Source: a virus (Duplodnaviria; Heunggongvirae; Uroviricota; Caudoviricetes). From it: 64,000 nucleotides of DNA. The DNA lies in IMG/VR virus record IMGVR_UViG_2563366840_000001, one strand, 5' to 3'. A program made the position numbers and the translations under genes. The first letter of the stretch is position 1, and every line of letters begins with the position of its first letter. Below are positions 32,016 through 41,882 of this stretch, piece by piece. The notes under the pieces are model-generated. The model made no database searches. It worked only from the letters and a program-made list of their open reading frames with translations, and was not told where the DNA came from.

Positions 32016-33128
32016 TTATTCAACCGCCACCGGTTTTAACAAGCCAGCATCGAGCAGTTTACGCGTCAACCACTGCTGGCCTTTACCCGTTAATTGAGGC
32101 GTCAACCGTATCTGGTAGCCATCTTCATCATCCAGCACCACTTCTTTCACCGTGAAATACCCCGCGTTGATGTACTGCTGGAACGGCACATTTTTACGTC
32201 CACCGGACGCTATCAGGATGCCGTTCTCCCGTAACCAGGCAAACAGCGCGTTTTGCTTAAGTCCAACAACCTTTGCAAAATTCCCAATCAGGATCCCTTT
32301 AGCTACTGATACCCGGTCGGCAAAATCGACCTTAGGAGCGGCGGCTACCAGCTGCTGATTTAGCTGGTGGGCTTTCTGTTCCAGAAGCTGCTTTTTTTCA
32401 GCCAGTTCGGCAGCCAGGCGTAGGGCTTCTGGTAATGTTTGGGGGATTGCAACCGGTTGCTGTTCTTTTTGCCGGAAGTAGCTGTCTTCCAGTTTTTCAA
32501 AGAATGCCCATGCTTCATTTGTGTCCACGATCTTAGACATGCGTGCCGCTCCGCGCTCGGCCCAGAGAATTACCTGACTTGTATATTTGCTAACCAAGTG
32601 ACTAATAGTCACTAGCCTTTTAAATTCCTTTAATTTTGAACCAGTTAAGAGATAGTAATGCTTACCTTCTTCAAAGCGATCGGGGTTGCGAGACAAATTT
32701 TTACGAATATTCGCTTCATCGGTCCCATACCCTTTAGCAAGAGTCTCAGTTGTCACTACACGCACTCCCAGCCATTCCAGAACGGGAATTTCATCAGACT
32801 GATTCTGAACAACCACCAGCTCCGATTCCTGAACTGAAGGTGCATGAATTTTTTCTGATTTAACGTTAGTTGCTTTCATTCTGTGTGCCTCCTTGCGTGC
32901 TTCGGCTGCGACGGTTGCGTAATTCAGATGACCCTGTTCGAGCAGGTATTCGCGGATATCAGACAACAGAATGCGGTGAACAGCGTTCTTGTCCTTTCTC
33001 CGGTAAAGTTGTTTGGTGATCATGAAGTAGTTGGCTATAACGCCTGGTATATCCCTGGTACTGATACAGGCAGTGTGCTGTTCAATTGCCTCGATCATCT
33101 CTTCACGGGTGACTAATGACGTTCTCAT
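32016..33128 (-). CDS. Antirepressor-like protein (ORF6N plus KilAC/ANT domains)
   Basis: Central ORF6N-like segment NPDRFEEGKHYYLLTGSKLKEFKR and C-terminal ANT-like segment VPFQQYINAGYFTVKE. Confidence 0.65.
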   Translation of the reverse strand: MRTSLVTREEMIEAIEQHTACISTRDIPGVIANYFMITKQLYRRKDKNAVHRILLSDIREYLLEQGHLNYATVAAEARKEAHRMKATNVKSEKIHAPSVQESELVVVQNQSDEIPVLEWLGVRVVTTETLAKGYGTDEANIRKNLSRNPDRFEEGKHYYLLTGSKLKEFKRLVTISHLVSKYTSQVILWAERGAARMSKIVDTNEAWAFFEKLEDSYFRQKEQQPVAIPQTLPEALRLAAELAEKKQLLEQKAHQLNQQLVAAAPKVDFADRVSVAKGILIGNFAKVVGLKQNALFAWLRENGILIASGGRKNVPFQQYINAGYFTVKEVVLDDEDGYQIRLTPQLTGKGQQWLTRKLLDAGLLKPVAVE

Positions 33129-33346
33129 AGTCCCTCCTGAGCAGAAGCGTTAACAGGGAGGCACCAGTAACTGAGAGAATTGCGCGAATCAGTAGAAAAA
33201 CGGGCGGAGAAAATACAGGGTGCATCAGGAAGCTGAGAGCGAGCCTCATCTTCTGTCGGTGCAATAACGAAGTGATAGTGACGTTTCTGGCAGGAGTAAA
33301 AGCGCCAGATAAATTCAGGATGAGTTGGGGTAGGGATAGTAGCCAT
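33125..33346 (-). CDS. Small protein translationally coupled to the antirepressor gene (icd-like position)
   Basis: 73-aa ORF whose stop overlaps the antirepressor ATG (ATGA). Confidence 0.5.
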   Translation of the reverse strand: MATIPTPTHPEFIWRFYSCQKRHYHFVIAPTEDEARSQLPDAPCIFSARFSTDSRNSLSYWCLPVNASAQEGL

Positions 33347-33520
33347 AATGGCAGCCTCCTTTGACTAAGTTAAGGAGCTACCGCGTGAGGTTCCAATCTC
33401 AATGGCGGTAGCACTGACTGGGTTGGAACTACCGGCGTCAAAGGGAACCGGCCTGCCTTTCGGCAGCCCAGCCAGCACTACCATTGATCTCTGAGCTAAA
33501 CGCTACGTATGGCCGTGCGA

Positions 33521-33685
33521 TGGCATGACACAAAAAAAGACGCTTTTGGCGTCTGTGTCGCCTTTGACATTATCCGGGGTTCCAATCCCGGCACCCGTTT
33601 TAATGAGGTGCCTGATAAGCATAAACCGAAAATGCCTCAAGGCGCAAGAGGTCAGGTTCAATGTAACATCGGTAGCTAAAAAACA
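33521..33685 (-). ncRNA. Candidate small structured RNA (c4-like antisense regulator) upstream of icd-like/ant-like genes
   Basis: C1 operator-bearing promoter region, hairpin-rich sequence with a GGTTCCAATC motif repeated in the downstream leader, ends in AGACGC-tttt-GGCGTCT stem plus U-run on the minus strand. Confidence 0.3.
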
Positions 33686-33702
33686 CAATTTATTAGAGCA
33701 AA
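33686..33702 (-). promoter_or_regulatory. C1 operator
   Basis: AATTTATTAGAGCAA, 15/17 to consensus. Confidence 0.65.
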
Positions 33703-33705
33703 TGT

Positions 33706-35190
33706 TCATTCATTAAGCCATGCCAGAGCTTCATCAACCTGCGCTTCGTCTTCGACGCTAAGCACTTCATCCTGGGGAACATAATCCGCCAGCATAGCGA
33801 AACAATATGTATCCCAATGGTCTGGTGAGTGCAGGTTGAGTTTTTTCTTCATATCCTCCTTACTCATCACCTTCCATTGACCTGCGGAGTTAATCCCTAC
33901 AGGGATTTTCGACGCTTCCTCAATAGTTTCATTACCCTTATCCAGTCTCATACGACCAGATTTTACGGCCTCTGCGGCTTGAACGTTGGCATAAGCACGT
34001 TTATCAAAGTACAGGCTCTTATCTTCACGGCTATGCATCTTTTTACCCCAGCGTATACGCTGTACGGTAATACCATAATACTCGTACATCAGATCCGCCG
34101 TTGCTTTACCCAGCCCATCACCGTCTATCGCTATGGTGATATTTGGGAATCGCTCAGGATTACATTCTGCGAAAATTTTGGCGGCAAGCTGCGTTTCTGT
34201 AACGTCTGTGTATTCCAGCATTCGATAGTTGATTACACGGCGTTTATTTCTCTGGCCGGACACCATCATGATATTGATAACGGACTTATCCCGTCCCGTA
34301 CCACCAGCAACGTCCACACATGCAAGCCAGCCCCATCCTTTGGCAATCTTGACTTTCCGCCGCGTCGCACGTTCAACCTCATCACGTCCAAGAAGGAAGC
34401 CATCCTGTGATTTAGGGAATAGTCCGCGTACCTTAATCATGTACATAGGGTTATCACGCCCGCCGTACTCCGCCAGCTTCATTTTGATAAATGCTGGCGT
34501 TACCAGCGGTGATTCCTCACTGTTAAGCGTGATCGCCGTATAAACGCCATCAGGGTTACCAGGACGCTTGGCCAGTTTATGGTGAGTATCGTAGAAATAG
34601 CCGCTTGGGCGTGTAGGCTGTGACAATAATAAGATGCGGTTATCCTGTCCGGTAAGAGCACCAGTGATGATACCGAAAGCTCTATCACTGACACCGGAGG
34701 CTTCATCGATAATATACAGAAGATGATCTGCGTGTTCACCGGCGAGAGCTTCTTCACTTCCCAGACGAAAGCCCTTCGGTACTACAGTCCATACACCTTT
34801 ACCAGTAACCTCATAGAAAGCGGTTTCTGTCAGAACAAAATAATCAGCAAGCCATGGAAAACGGCTGGTGGCAGTAGCCCAGTTTATCTTGATGTACTTG
34901 AATATACCGGTCATTACCTGCTGAATTTTGTTCGCAACGATAATGGCGCGGGCACCGGGATACATGATTATGAACAACATGATCATGATAGAAGTCATGT
35001 CTGATTTCCCGGTACCGTGACCAGACGAAACAGATGTCTTGCTACCCTGTTCCTGCACAGACTCAATAATCAGATCCTGCTGCCAGGTAGGTGTTTTGCC
35101 GAACAAAACATCAGCGGCAGCAATCCAGTCATAACGATATAGCGCCACCAGCTCGCGCCAACGTGGATCCGTTACGCAACTTCTGGCCAT
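33706..35190 (-). CDS. pacB: Terminase large subunit PacB
   Basis: 494-aa ORF overlapping the pacA stop; position as in P1. Confidence 0.85.
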   Translation of the reverse strand: MARSCVTDPRWRELVALYRYDWIAAADVLFGKTPTWQQDLIIESVQEQGSKTSVSSGHGTGKSDMTSIMIMLFIIMYPGARAIIVANKIQQVMTGIFKYIKINWATATSRFPWLADYFVLTETAFYEVTGKGVWTVVPKGFRLGSEEALAGEHADHLLYIIDEASGVSDRAFGIITGALTGQDNRILLLSQPTRPSGYFYDTHHKLAKRPGNPDGVYTAITLNSEESPLVTPAFIKMKLAEYGGRDNPMYMIKVRGLFPKSQDGFLLGRDEVERATRRKVKIAKGWGWLACVDVAGGTGRDKSVINIMMVSGQRNKRRVINYRMLEYTDVTETQLAAKIFAECNPERFPNITIAIDGDGLGKATADLMYEYYGITVQRIRWGKKMHSREDKSLYFDKRAYANVQAAEAVKSGRMRLDKGNETIEEASKIPVGINSAGQWKVMSKEDMKKKLNLHSPDHWDTYCFAMLADYVPQDEVLSVEDEAQVDEALAWLNE

Positions 35191-36383
35191 TAATCATCAT
35201 CCCCGTATAGCTTGCGGGTAACTTCTTCGTCTTCCTCCTCGTCTTCGTCCAGGTCTTGTTCCAGCCATGGGTCGTTTGATACACCTTCAGTATCAACATC
35301 TCCATAACCGCCTGTATCAACGATATCGGCGATTTCTTCCCTACGCTGCTCAATCCACAATGCGGCATCGGCGCGGCGGTTGGCGGCCCGTTCTCGCGCA
35401 ACTTTGTCCAGATCTTCAAGAGAAGGGCCACCGACGGCTGTTTGCCTTTCCTCATCATCGGTATTGGTCTTAGGAGCACGCAGATCGGCTTTGATTTGCT
35501 CCAGCATCAGGGGCGGAACTTTCCCACCATGCGCCTCGATGAATTCAGCTGCTTCCAGCACTGACCAGTTATTTTCACGCTTTCGTTCGTATGCCAGCTT
35601 AACAATGCCAGCTTGCCCCATAGACAAAGCGTGCTTTTCCGCCTCCCGGCTTTCTTTTCGATAGTTATTCCGGATGCTGTAAATGGTGTTGATCAGACTG
35701 CTTATCTGCGCGGAACAGCTGTTTAGCATGCTCGCGATACGGTATTCAGGCGGAGTACCTCCATCATCGTCTTTTTGCTGATCGCGCATTTCCTGCACCA
35801 GGCGAATACACGTATCCCTGGCGTTCTCCAGCATAAGGAGATGAGAAAGAGACTTTTCAAGAAGAGTGGTTTCCAGAACATCGGCCCCGGACCGACGCAA
35901 CATAGCGCGCGCGGCCTTCCGCGCTTCAACGTTATCTATCAGGTAATCGCCAGCTTCGAATTCAAAGCGTTCACCATCATCATCCAGGGTGTCGCGTTCC
36001 AGACGATCACGTAAGGTCCGGTGGGCGCGGGTGATCACGTCATGATCATCTGAACGATCATTTATGCGCTTATTTTGGCGCTTCGCATTCTCGACTGCGG
36101 CACTGACAACGGCATTAACTCTCTGTTTTTCCGCTATTTCAGCCGCAATATGATCACCTGCATGTTGATCATTAGAGTGATCAATGATCATGCCTTTTAG
36201 TGGCTTCCTGACTGGCTTATTTGGCTTGCGGCTGTCCGCAGTCCTGGTGTCTTCTTTGAAGGCACGGAGATAACGACGTGCGGTATTAGGGTTAAGATTA
36301 AACTCGGCGGCATACTGTGCGATGGTGTAACCACCATCTCGCGCCAGGCGAGCAAAATTCTTCTTGTGATCGTCCCAGGTCAC
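35190..36383 (-). CDS. pacA: Terminase small subunit PacA
   Basis: 397 aa with acidic C-terminus; contains the pac hexamer cluster in its 5 prime third. Confidence 0.9.
   Translation of the reverse strand: MTWDDHKKNFARLARDGGYTIAQYAAEFNLNPNTARRYLRAFKEDTRTADSRKPNKPVRKPLKGMIIDHSNDQHAGDHIAAEIAEKQRVNAVVSAAVENAKRQNKRINDRSDDHDVITRAHRTLRDRLERDTLDDDGERFEFEAGDYLIDNVEARKAARAMLRRSGADVLETTLLEKSLSHLLMLENARDTCIRLVQEMRDQQKDDDGGTPPEYRIASMLNSCSAQISSLINTIYSIRNNYRKESREAEKHALSMGQAGIVKLAYERKRENNWSVLEAAEFIEAHGGKVPPLMLEQIKADLRAPKTNTDDEERQTAVGGPSLEDLDKVARERAANRRADAALWIEQRREEIADIVDTGGYGDVDTEGVSNDPWLEQDLDEDEEEDEEVTRKLYGDDD
36030..36190. other. pac packaging site (TGATCA/G hexamer clusters)
   Basis: Three to four TGATCA-type hexamers at 36004-36061 and four at 36151-36190 flanking a roughly 90-bp spacer, each containing a GATC Dam site. 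Confidence 0.85.
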
Positions 36384-36468
36384 TTATGCTTCCTTTCGTA
36401 AAAACTCTTTTTGACGCGAGGGTAACGAAAGTCACATGTCAAAAGGCCCGGAACGGGCAAGCAATCAA

Positions 36469-36921
36469 TCAGATACGTGCGGATGTGGCATTACCGTAAT
36501 GACGGTGCTGACGGGCCACCTTATTGAAAAGTTGACGCGCCATTACCCAAGGCTGGTGCTCCCGGCGTTCCTTTTCGTCCTGCGTCATATAGAGTTCGTT
36601 CTGGAGTTTTTCATCAAACCGGCGCGGAGCGCGGCTGCGGCGAAAGAATTCAGGATTCAGAGAGTGGATCTGAAATCTACGTGGGCGTGTACTGTCATCA
36701 ATCAAAACAGACGAATACTTAGACACAGCGATAGCCTTTAAGCGCAGATAAACATCGCGCTTATCGACATCCAGATGCGGGTATTCCTTTTCAAGAATTG
36801 CTGCGAGTTCTTTCGCTGATAGAAGAGATTTAGTGCGGATCATGTAATCCGCAATCTCGTACGATGTTATTCGTGAGTGATTTATTTCCATGAAGTGGCG
36901 TCCCTGCCAGTTAAGTAACAT
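36469..36921 (-). CDS. lpa: Late promoter activator Lpa
   Basis: 150-aa ORF (start may be the internal MEINHS) preceded by a C1 operator, between pacA and pdcB as in P1. Confidence 0.75.
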   Translation of the reverse strand: MLLNWQGRHFMEINHSRITSYEIADYMIRTKSLLSAKELAAILEKEYPHLDVDKRDVYLRLKAIAVSKYSSVLIDDSTRPRRFQIHSLNPEFFRRSRAPRRFDEKLQNELYMTQDEKERREHQPWVMARQLFNKVARQHRHYGNATSARI

Positions 36922-36991
36922 CCTGTCACCTACTGATTAGCCCATGTCAACTAATCAACGTCGAATATAATACCATCGATTAAAGAAATAG

Positions 36992-37008
36992 CAATGCATT
37001 AGAGCAAT
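36992..37008 (-). promoter_or_regulatory. C1 operator upstream of lpa (Op94-type)
   Basis: CAATGCATTAGAGCAAT, 14/17 to the reverse consensus. Confidence 0.6.
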
Positions 37009-37009
37009 T

Positions 37010-38053
37010 TCATCTAACGCTCGACGAATGACTTGTGATAGCGCCGACTCCAAGCGCGTAATCAAAGAACAATCGTTGATGCATCGCCAGCCTACCGTGC
37101 GTCTTCTCCCAATTATCGCGGTCACGCTCAATATCACGCTGGCATGACTGGCACAGAGGAATAGCATAAATGTCATGCGCGCATAATCGACTATGACGAA
37201 CGATATAAGGCGTAATGTGAGCGCCAGCTCCCGCAGCTCCACAGCCACAGCATGGACGGGAAGCCACAAAATCCATGTACTCGGGCAATTTTAGCGATTG
37301 AAGTTTTGGTATTTTGAAATGCGCCATGCTAGGGTCGGAGTCAACATCCACAGGGCATACTTTTGCACGCATCGGCGCGGCGCGTTCTTCCATCATCTGA
37401 ACATATGCTGTAGCGCGATCGTCATACGGGCGAATATCCGCCTCTTTCAGAGGTCCACTATCCTGCGGAGTAGCCTTCATCTTATTTATTGATATGCGGC
37501 AGACTTCTTCCGGCATCAGGTGCATCATGTTGCGCATGAAAGCCCACCAGCACAGCTCCTGAATACTTAAATCATGGCTATTTGAAAGGCCCATTTCCTG
37601 ACGGGCGACATCCAGTATCCAGTTAACGCGATTATTGTGCAGCGTTTCTTTCAGCTCATTAAAACCACGCATCCGGTAATGGTTATCGTGATGCCAGCAC
37701 AACAACACCGCGCTATTGTCTCGTTCAGCGTGGACAATATGGTTGTCACACCAACTACGATCTGCGGCCTGGCATTGACCCTCTTTCCTACGCAACCACG
37801 CAACCAGCGCGTCAATTCCACCAATACGGCGAAACAGTTCATCGCTGTTAAAAAACGGCTGCAACGCCTCATTTGTTGCCATGGTTTGCTCGGTAACAAC
37901 GAGGCCGTCTTCCATGTGCTCGATTAACTCACGCGGCACCGGCTCCATAATAAATTTACGGCCAGCCTCCACCAGCTTTCTGACCTCCTGATCCACTTTG
38001 AACGTGGCGAGGCCAAGCTCTTTCTGTACAAAGGGAGTAATTACGGCTTTCAC
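37010..38053 (-). CDS. pdcB: PdcB
   Basis: 347-aa Cys-rich ORF downstream of doc, as in P1. Confidence 0.7.
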   Translation of the reverse strand: MKAVITPFVQKELGLATFKVDQEVRKLVEAGRKFIMEPVPRELIEHMEDGLVVTEQTMATNEALQPFFNSDELFRRIGGIDALVAWLRRKEGQCQAADRSWCDNHIVHAERDNSAVLLCWHHDNHYRMRGFNELKETLHNNRVNWILDVARQEMGLSNSHDLSIQELCWWAFMRNMMHLMPEEVCRISINKMKATPQDSGPLKEADIRPYDDRATAYVQMMEERAAPMRAKVCPVDVDSDPSMAHFKIPKLQSLKLPEYMDFVASRPCCGCGAAGAGAHITPYIVRHSRLCAHDIYAIPLCQSCQRDIERDRDNWEKTHGRLAMHQRLFFDYALGVGAITSHSSSVR

Positions 38054-38080
38054 ATCACACCTTTAATCACTGATTGGGCT

Positions 38081-38281
38081 TTATCTGCTGCCCGGCATTC
38101 TCTGTTTAAGCACAGCCATTTCCTGACGGCATAACACAGCAATAGCGGTCCTGGCACCAATTTGCCTACCAACCAGGTATTGCTTTACCTCGCGGCGACT
38201 CACGCCATCAAGAAGCATCTTTAACGCTTCACGGGACAACTTGTTGTATTTACGTGCCATTAATCTACTCCGCAGAACCAT
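38081..38281 (-). CDS. Small protein downstream of doc (pdcA position)
   Basis: 66-aa track ORF; likely start at internal MARKYNK (38260) just after the doc stop. Confidence 0.45.
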
Positions 38282-38645
38282 ACAATCTACGTAACGTGTC
38301 GGCGACAGAAGATACAGATATCTCGCCAGTCGCAGCGCCTACGGTAAGGTCTGCCAGTTCAGGTGAATCAAATACCTGCACCCCGTTACGGCGTAGAAAT
38401 AGCAGCGCACTGTTTAGCGCGGTACGCTTATTGGCATCATTGAATATATGCCCTCTCGCTGTAGCCACCAGGTAGGTGGCGGAGACTTCGAAAAGGTCGG
38501 TGATCTCTTCGTAGGCAACTCTGGCCTGAACTCTCCCGATAATGGCCTCTGCCCTACCCGGATCTGACATTCCCGGCAGGCCGCCGTAGCGGCTTATATT
38601 CGCATCATGAAGCGCAATAAGTTCTTCCGGTGATATATGCCTCAT
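38265..38645 (-). CDS. doc: Doc toxin (Fic-fold kinase)
   Basis: 126 aa with Fic motif [12 protein letters not shown]; matches P1 Doc. Confidence 0.97.
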
Positions 38646-38866
38646 TATCGGTTAACCAGTTCCTTGTTGGTGGAGTCCAGAGTGTCAAACAGGGATGCAA
38701 ATTCAGCATCCAGCGCCGCTTTTTTGTAGGCTTCGAAAGTAGCCTTGCTGACAATTACTGCTGGCTCACGGCCTCTGCGGGTGATTTCAACCTCTTCCCC
38801 GGCTTCAACATTGTTGAGCACTTCAGAAAGGTTGCCGCGCGCGGTACGGAAGTTAATGGATTGCAT
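38645..38866 (-). CDS. phd: Phd antitoxin
   Basis: 73 aa [39 protein letters not shown]; overlaps the doc start. Confidence 0.97.
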
Positions 38867-38872
38867 AAACAC

Positions 38873-38896
38873 CTCGTGTACTCGTTATGTGTACAC
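38873..38896. promoter_or_regulatory. phd-doc operator palindromes
   Basis: GTGTAC half-site plus perfect TGTGTACACA palindrome immediately upstream of phd. Confidence 0.7.
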
Positions 38897-38938
38897 AATT
38901 ATAAACTTCACAGGCATAAAGCACCAGCACTTTGCAGC

Positions 38939-39328
38939 TTAAATCACCGGACAATCATCAAACTCCCCACTTCGGGCATCATTGATGACATGAGTGATCA
39001 CACCAAAAACAGCATTACTGCCCGTGCATCCATCGTCATCTACTGGTAACGCCTCTTTCTTCCCGGTGCTTAAATCCTCCAGGTGCTGGCGCGGATACTT
39101 CCTGTATCTCTTTATGCGATATTCACCCTCCATAGCGCACACAAGCAGAGAACCATCAACCGGAGTAAGCGAGGAATCAACCACCAGCAAAGCACCCTGC
39201 AATATTCCCTCACGGTGATGGCTATCAGCTGCCCGCATGAAGTAGGTTGCTGATGGATGCCTGATTAGTTGCTGATCAAGAGAAATTCGGCTTTCAACAT
39301 AATCCGCCGCAGGAGAAGGGAAGCCCAT
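38939..39328 (-). CDS. humD: HumD, UmuD-like S24 peptidase
   Basis: 129-aa UmuD-prime-like protein; LexA box in its promoter region. Confidence 0.9.
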   Translation of the reverse strand: MGFPSPAADYVESRISLDQQLIRHPSATYFMRAADSHHREGILQGALLVVDSSLTPVDGSLLVCAMEGEYRIKRYRKYPRQHLEDLSTGKKEALPVDDDGCTGSNAVFGVITHVINDARSGEFDDCPVI

Positions 39329-39347
39329 AGCGTTTCCACCTCAATAA

Positions 39348-39367
39348 TACTGTTCATTTATACAGTA
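39348..39367. promoter_or_regulatory. LexA (SOS) box
   Basis: TACTGTTCATTTATACAGTA fits CTG-N10-CAG with flanking TA; lies between divergent humD and the downstream plus-strand gene. Confidence 0.85.
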
Positions 39368-39502
39368 TACATTAAAGAGACACCTTTGGTGCAAACGCGT
39401 TACGTACATCAACCACCGCTGATGATTTTGTGCGCTTTGCTACTATTCATCACCAACGGATCAGCGTAACCTCGTTGCCAATCAGTTAATAAGGAATTAG
39501 CT

Positions 39503-40087
39503 ATGCCTAATCGCATTCCTCTCGATCCTGTATTGCCCAAAAATTTTGACTGCACTCCTAACGAGAAACGCTTTAAAGCTCAGCTGGACGCCTAGTGGGA
39601 CCATCCATATGGGGTTACACAACCTGACGGGAAAATTGTAGTTTATTGTCTGAATGGTGGGGCGTGGGACCGTCCATCCGTGCTTTGTTTGGCAGATAAC
39701 TATGATGAAGCCTGTGAACTTGCCGAAAGACAGCAGGCAAGCTGGGTAAAAACACGGTCTGAACCGACATTCATGTTTTCAAAAGAACCGCCATTTATAC
39801 TGGCGAGGATGTCGCAGCGACCGGATCATCAACAAGAAATTGTTGCTGAATTTTCCTCAAGGGATGAGATGAATCTCTTCTCATTAAAGCAGGAAGAAAG
39901 GGATCGCGTCGAAGTGTCTCCAACTCTCGACCACAACCGGATGAACCTGGCCCAGCTCGCCTGGTACAGCAAAGAATTAGAGATGTCTATTGCCCGGCTT
40001 GAAAACGAAAAAGCCGCTATCCAAGTCCAGCACGAAGTAGTTCTGAACCGGATTAGAGAAATGCAAAACGATAACAGGGGATTTTGA
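39503..40087 (+). CDS. LexA-regulated gene (lxr position) interrupted by an in-frame TAG at codon 31
   Basis: ATG 39503 with AAGGA SD, TAG at 39593-39595, same frame continues to 40087; the track ORF alone begins at GTG 39680, which has no convincing SD. Confidence 0.5.
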
Positions 40088-40444
40088 ATGGCTAAAATCG
40101 AGTACCATCGCGATCGCAGTAATTACCTGGAAATATACGATCATGAATCTCTTAACGATATCAACGATGCGTTATATGAATACTGTGAAAAAACGAGCAT
40201 CACAGATGCACCTGATGCATTTGTCGAGCTGCCGGTATATCTCCGCGACATCTATGCAATACGAACACCGCCCGTATCGGTGATTCACATTGGCTATGTC
40301 CGCCTGTCCATCGAAGAAGATGAAGATCGTTATATCGTGCGCCACTATACATTGGACAGAAAAGAACTTCCTAATGAATGGAACATGAGTAATTTCTACA
40401 ACGGTGAATATGGCTTAAAATCCGCTAATAATTTACGGTCATAA
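40088..40444 (+). CDS. Hypothetical protein
   Basis: 118-aa ORF; its ATG abuts the upstream stop (TGAATG). Confidence 0.6.
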   Translation: MAKIEYHRDRSNYLEIYDHESLNDINDALYEYCEKTSITDAPDAFVELPVYLRDIYAIRTPPVSVIHIGYVRLSIEEDEDRYIVRHYTLDRKELPNEWNMSNFYNGEYGLKSANNLRS

Positions 40445-40997
40445 TCTATACAGGCATGTATAACAACAACGAGCCTATTAGCTGTCAACAACGTTATTTC
40501 CTCAAATAAGAAAAAGCAGAAAACAAATTGTTTAAGGTCACAAATTGTGGCCTTGATGGAGGAGGGAGGCTTATTGGCTATGGCTAAAAATCAAATTAGA
40601 CACTTCATGTTGCTGTAGCTCATCAAGATCCGAGGCCACAAAACCTTTTCCGAAAAACTTCACAAGTAACTCACTAGCCGCATCATTGTCACCTATTACA
40701 CGAAAGTCATACGGCAACGTCGCAAGTTGACGATGTAATCCTGCTGAGAAAGTCGAATCTAACAGCGCCCAGAATTCCCACCGCAGGATAATACTCGCCT
40801 CTTAATACTGTATATATGTTGTTACGATATGTTTTTCTGTCTCTAAAAAAAGATGTTAATAGAATGCTAACCATTGAAGGGGATAAAAATATACAATTCC
40901 AACAAACGTTATTTTTAACAATTTTTTTCTTTGCGTTGACTTTCCCGGACACCTTGTCTGACCGAAGGTGCGCGAAAGCCACTTTTTCCTTCCTGAG

Positions 40998-41006
40998 TTA
41001 TCCACA
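40998..41006 (+). promoter_or_regulatory. DnaA box consensus TTATCCACA in an AT-rich noncoding island
   Basis: Exact 9-mer match; single site, function unknown. Confidence 0.3.
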
Positions 41007-41306
41007 AAGTTATGCACTTGCAAGAGGGCCATTTTCTACATATTGTGGTGGCTAACAGATGAAATGAATGTAGATTAATTGAAGATAAGGAGAAAATTTG
41101 AGATGCAATCATGACGTTAATAGATAGGGTCTGCATTACAGACCCCACCCGCATCAAGGAATTAGCCGTTCCCTGATGTTTTTCCGAAAACATGTGCCGT
41201 AAGCTCACGTTAACGACTTTCATTCACCGAATCCAACTATATAGGGGTTGGGTTTCTACGTCAACGTGAGCAAGTGCACCTTTACATTTGACAAGGAACC
41301 ACCTGA

Positions 41307-41444
41307 ATGAACGCTTTTTTTCAGTTCCTGAGTGCATTTTTAGATGCGCCTATTATTAGCCAGATTCTGGCTATTATCCTCATCATCGTTTTGATTTTGC
41401 TTTTAAGGTCAGTAAAAAATGGAATTATGCACTGGCTTACTTAA
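41307..41444 (+). CDS. Small hydrophobic peptide (45 aa)
   Basis: MNAFFQFLSAFLDAPIISQILAIILIIVLILLLRSVKNGIMHWLT, single predicted TM helix; preceded by long inverted repeats. Confidence 0.3.
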   Translation: MNAFFQFLSAFLDAPIISQILAIILIIVLILLLRSVKNGIMHWLT

Positions 41445-41463
41445 TGTTTCAGTGAAACATTAA
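41441..41463. repeat. 23-bp perfect palindrome TTAATGTTTCAGTGAAACATTAA
   Basis: Overlaps the stop of the small peptide ORF and lies at the end of the convergent minus-strand operon. Confidence 0.6.
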
Positions 41464-41519
41464 AATCTCCTTGATGTGGAAACAATCATTTTCTGTATGT
41501 GCTGGTGGGCACCTGTAGT

Positions 41520-41882
41520 TCAGCTTTCGTTGGCATTTAACTTCGTCTTTGCTTTCTCCACCAGCAACTTCCAGATGCCTATTTCATTAGCAGCCGCCTT
41601 GATGGCGGCATAAAAAGCATCTTGCTGATCGTAACGCTGGATCTGTTTTTTCAGTTTTGCCTCCACCAATTTAATTTCATTACGTGCTTTCTGAAGCCGC
41701 ATCACCGCCCGGTTACGTCTGTTCTTGTATAGCGTGTTAATCTCTGACAATTGCTTTAATTTACCAGCCTGACTGCGGATTATCGCCTCCCTGGCTTCTG
41801 CCGTGCGTCTCATCTTATCTCTTAAGAGTTCACCGTTTTCGATAATTCTTTCAAGGTGTTTGATGTGATCTGCAACTCTCAT
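41520..41882 (-). CDS. Hypothetical coiled-coil protein
   Basis: 120-aa ORF, last gene of the minus-strand operon. Confidence 0.6.
   Translation of the reverse strand: MRVADHIKHLERIIENGELLRDKMRRTAEAREAIIRSQAGKLKQLSEINTLYKNRRNRAVMRLQKARNEIKLVEAKLKKQIQRYDQQDAFYAAIKAAANEIGIWKLLVEKAKTKLNANES

Noticed and set aside
33560-33590. tRNA-like T-arm motif (CCGGGGTTCCAATCCCGG followed by CACCC)
   Set aside because: No canonical 7-nt T-loop, D-arm or anticodon arm could be built on either strand; more likely part of a structured regulatory RNA.
40800-40825. Possible second LexA box (TACTGTATATATGTTG)
   Set aside because: Only one CTGT half-site; no matching ACAG partner at the correct spacing.
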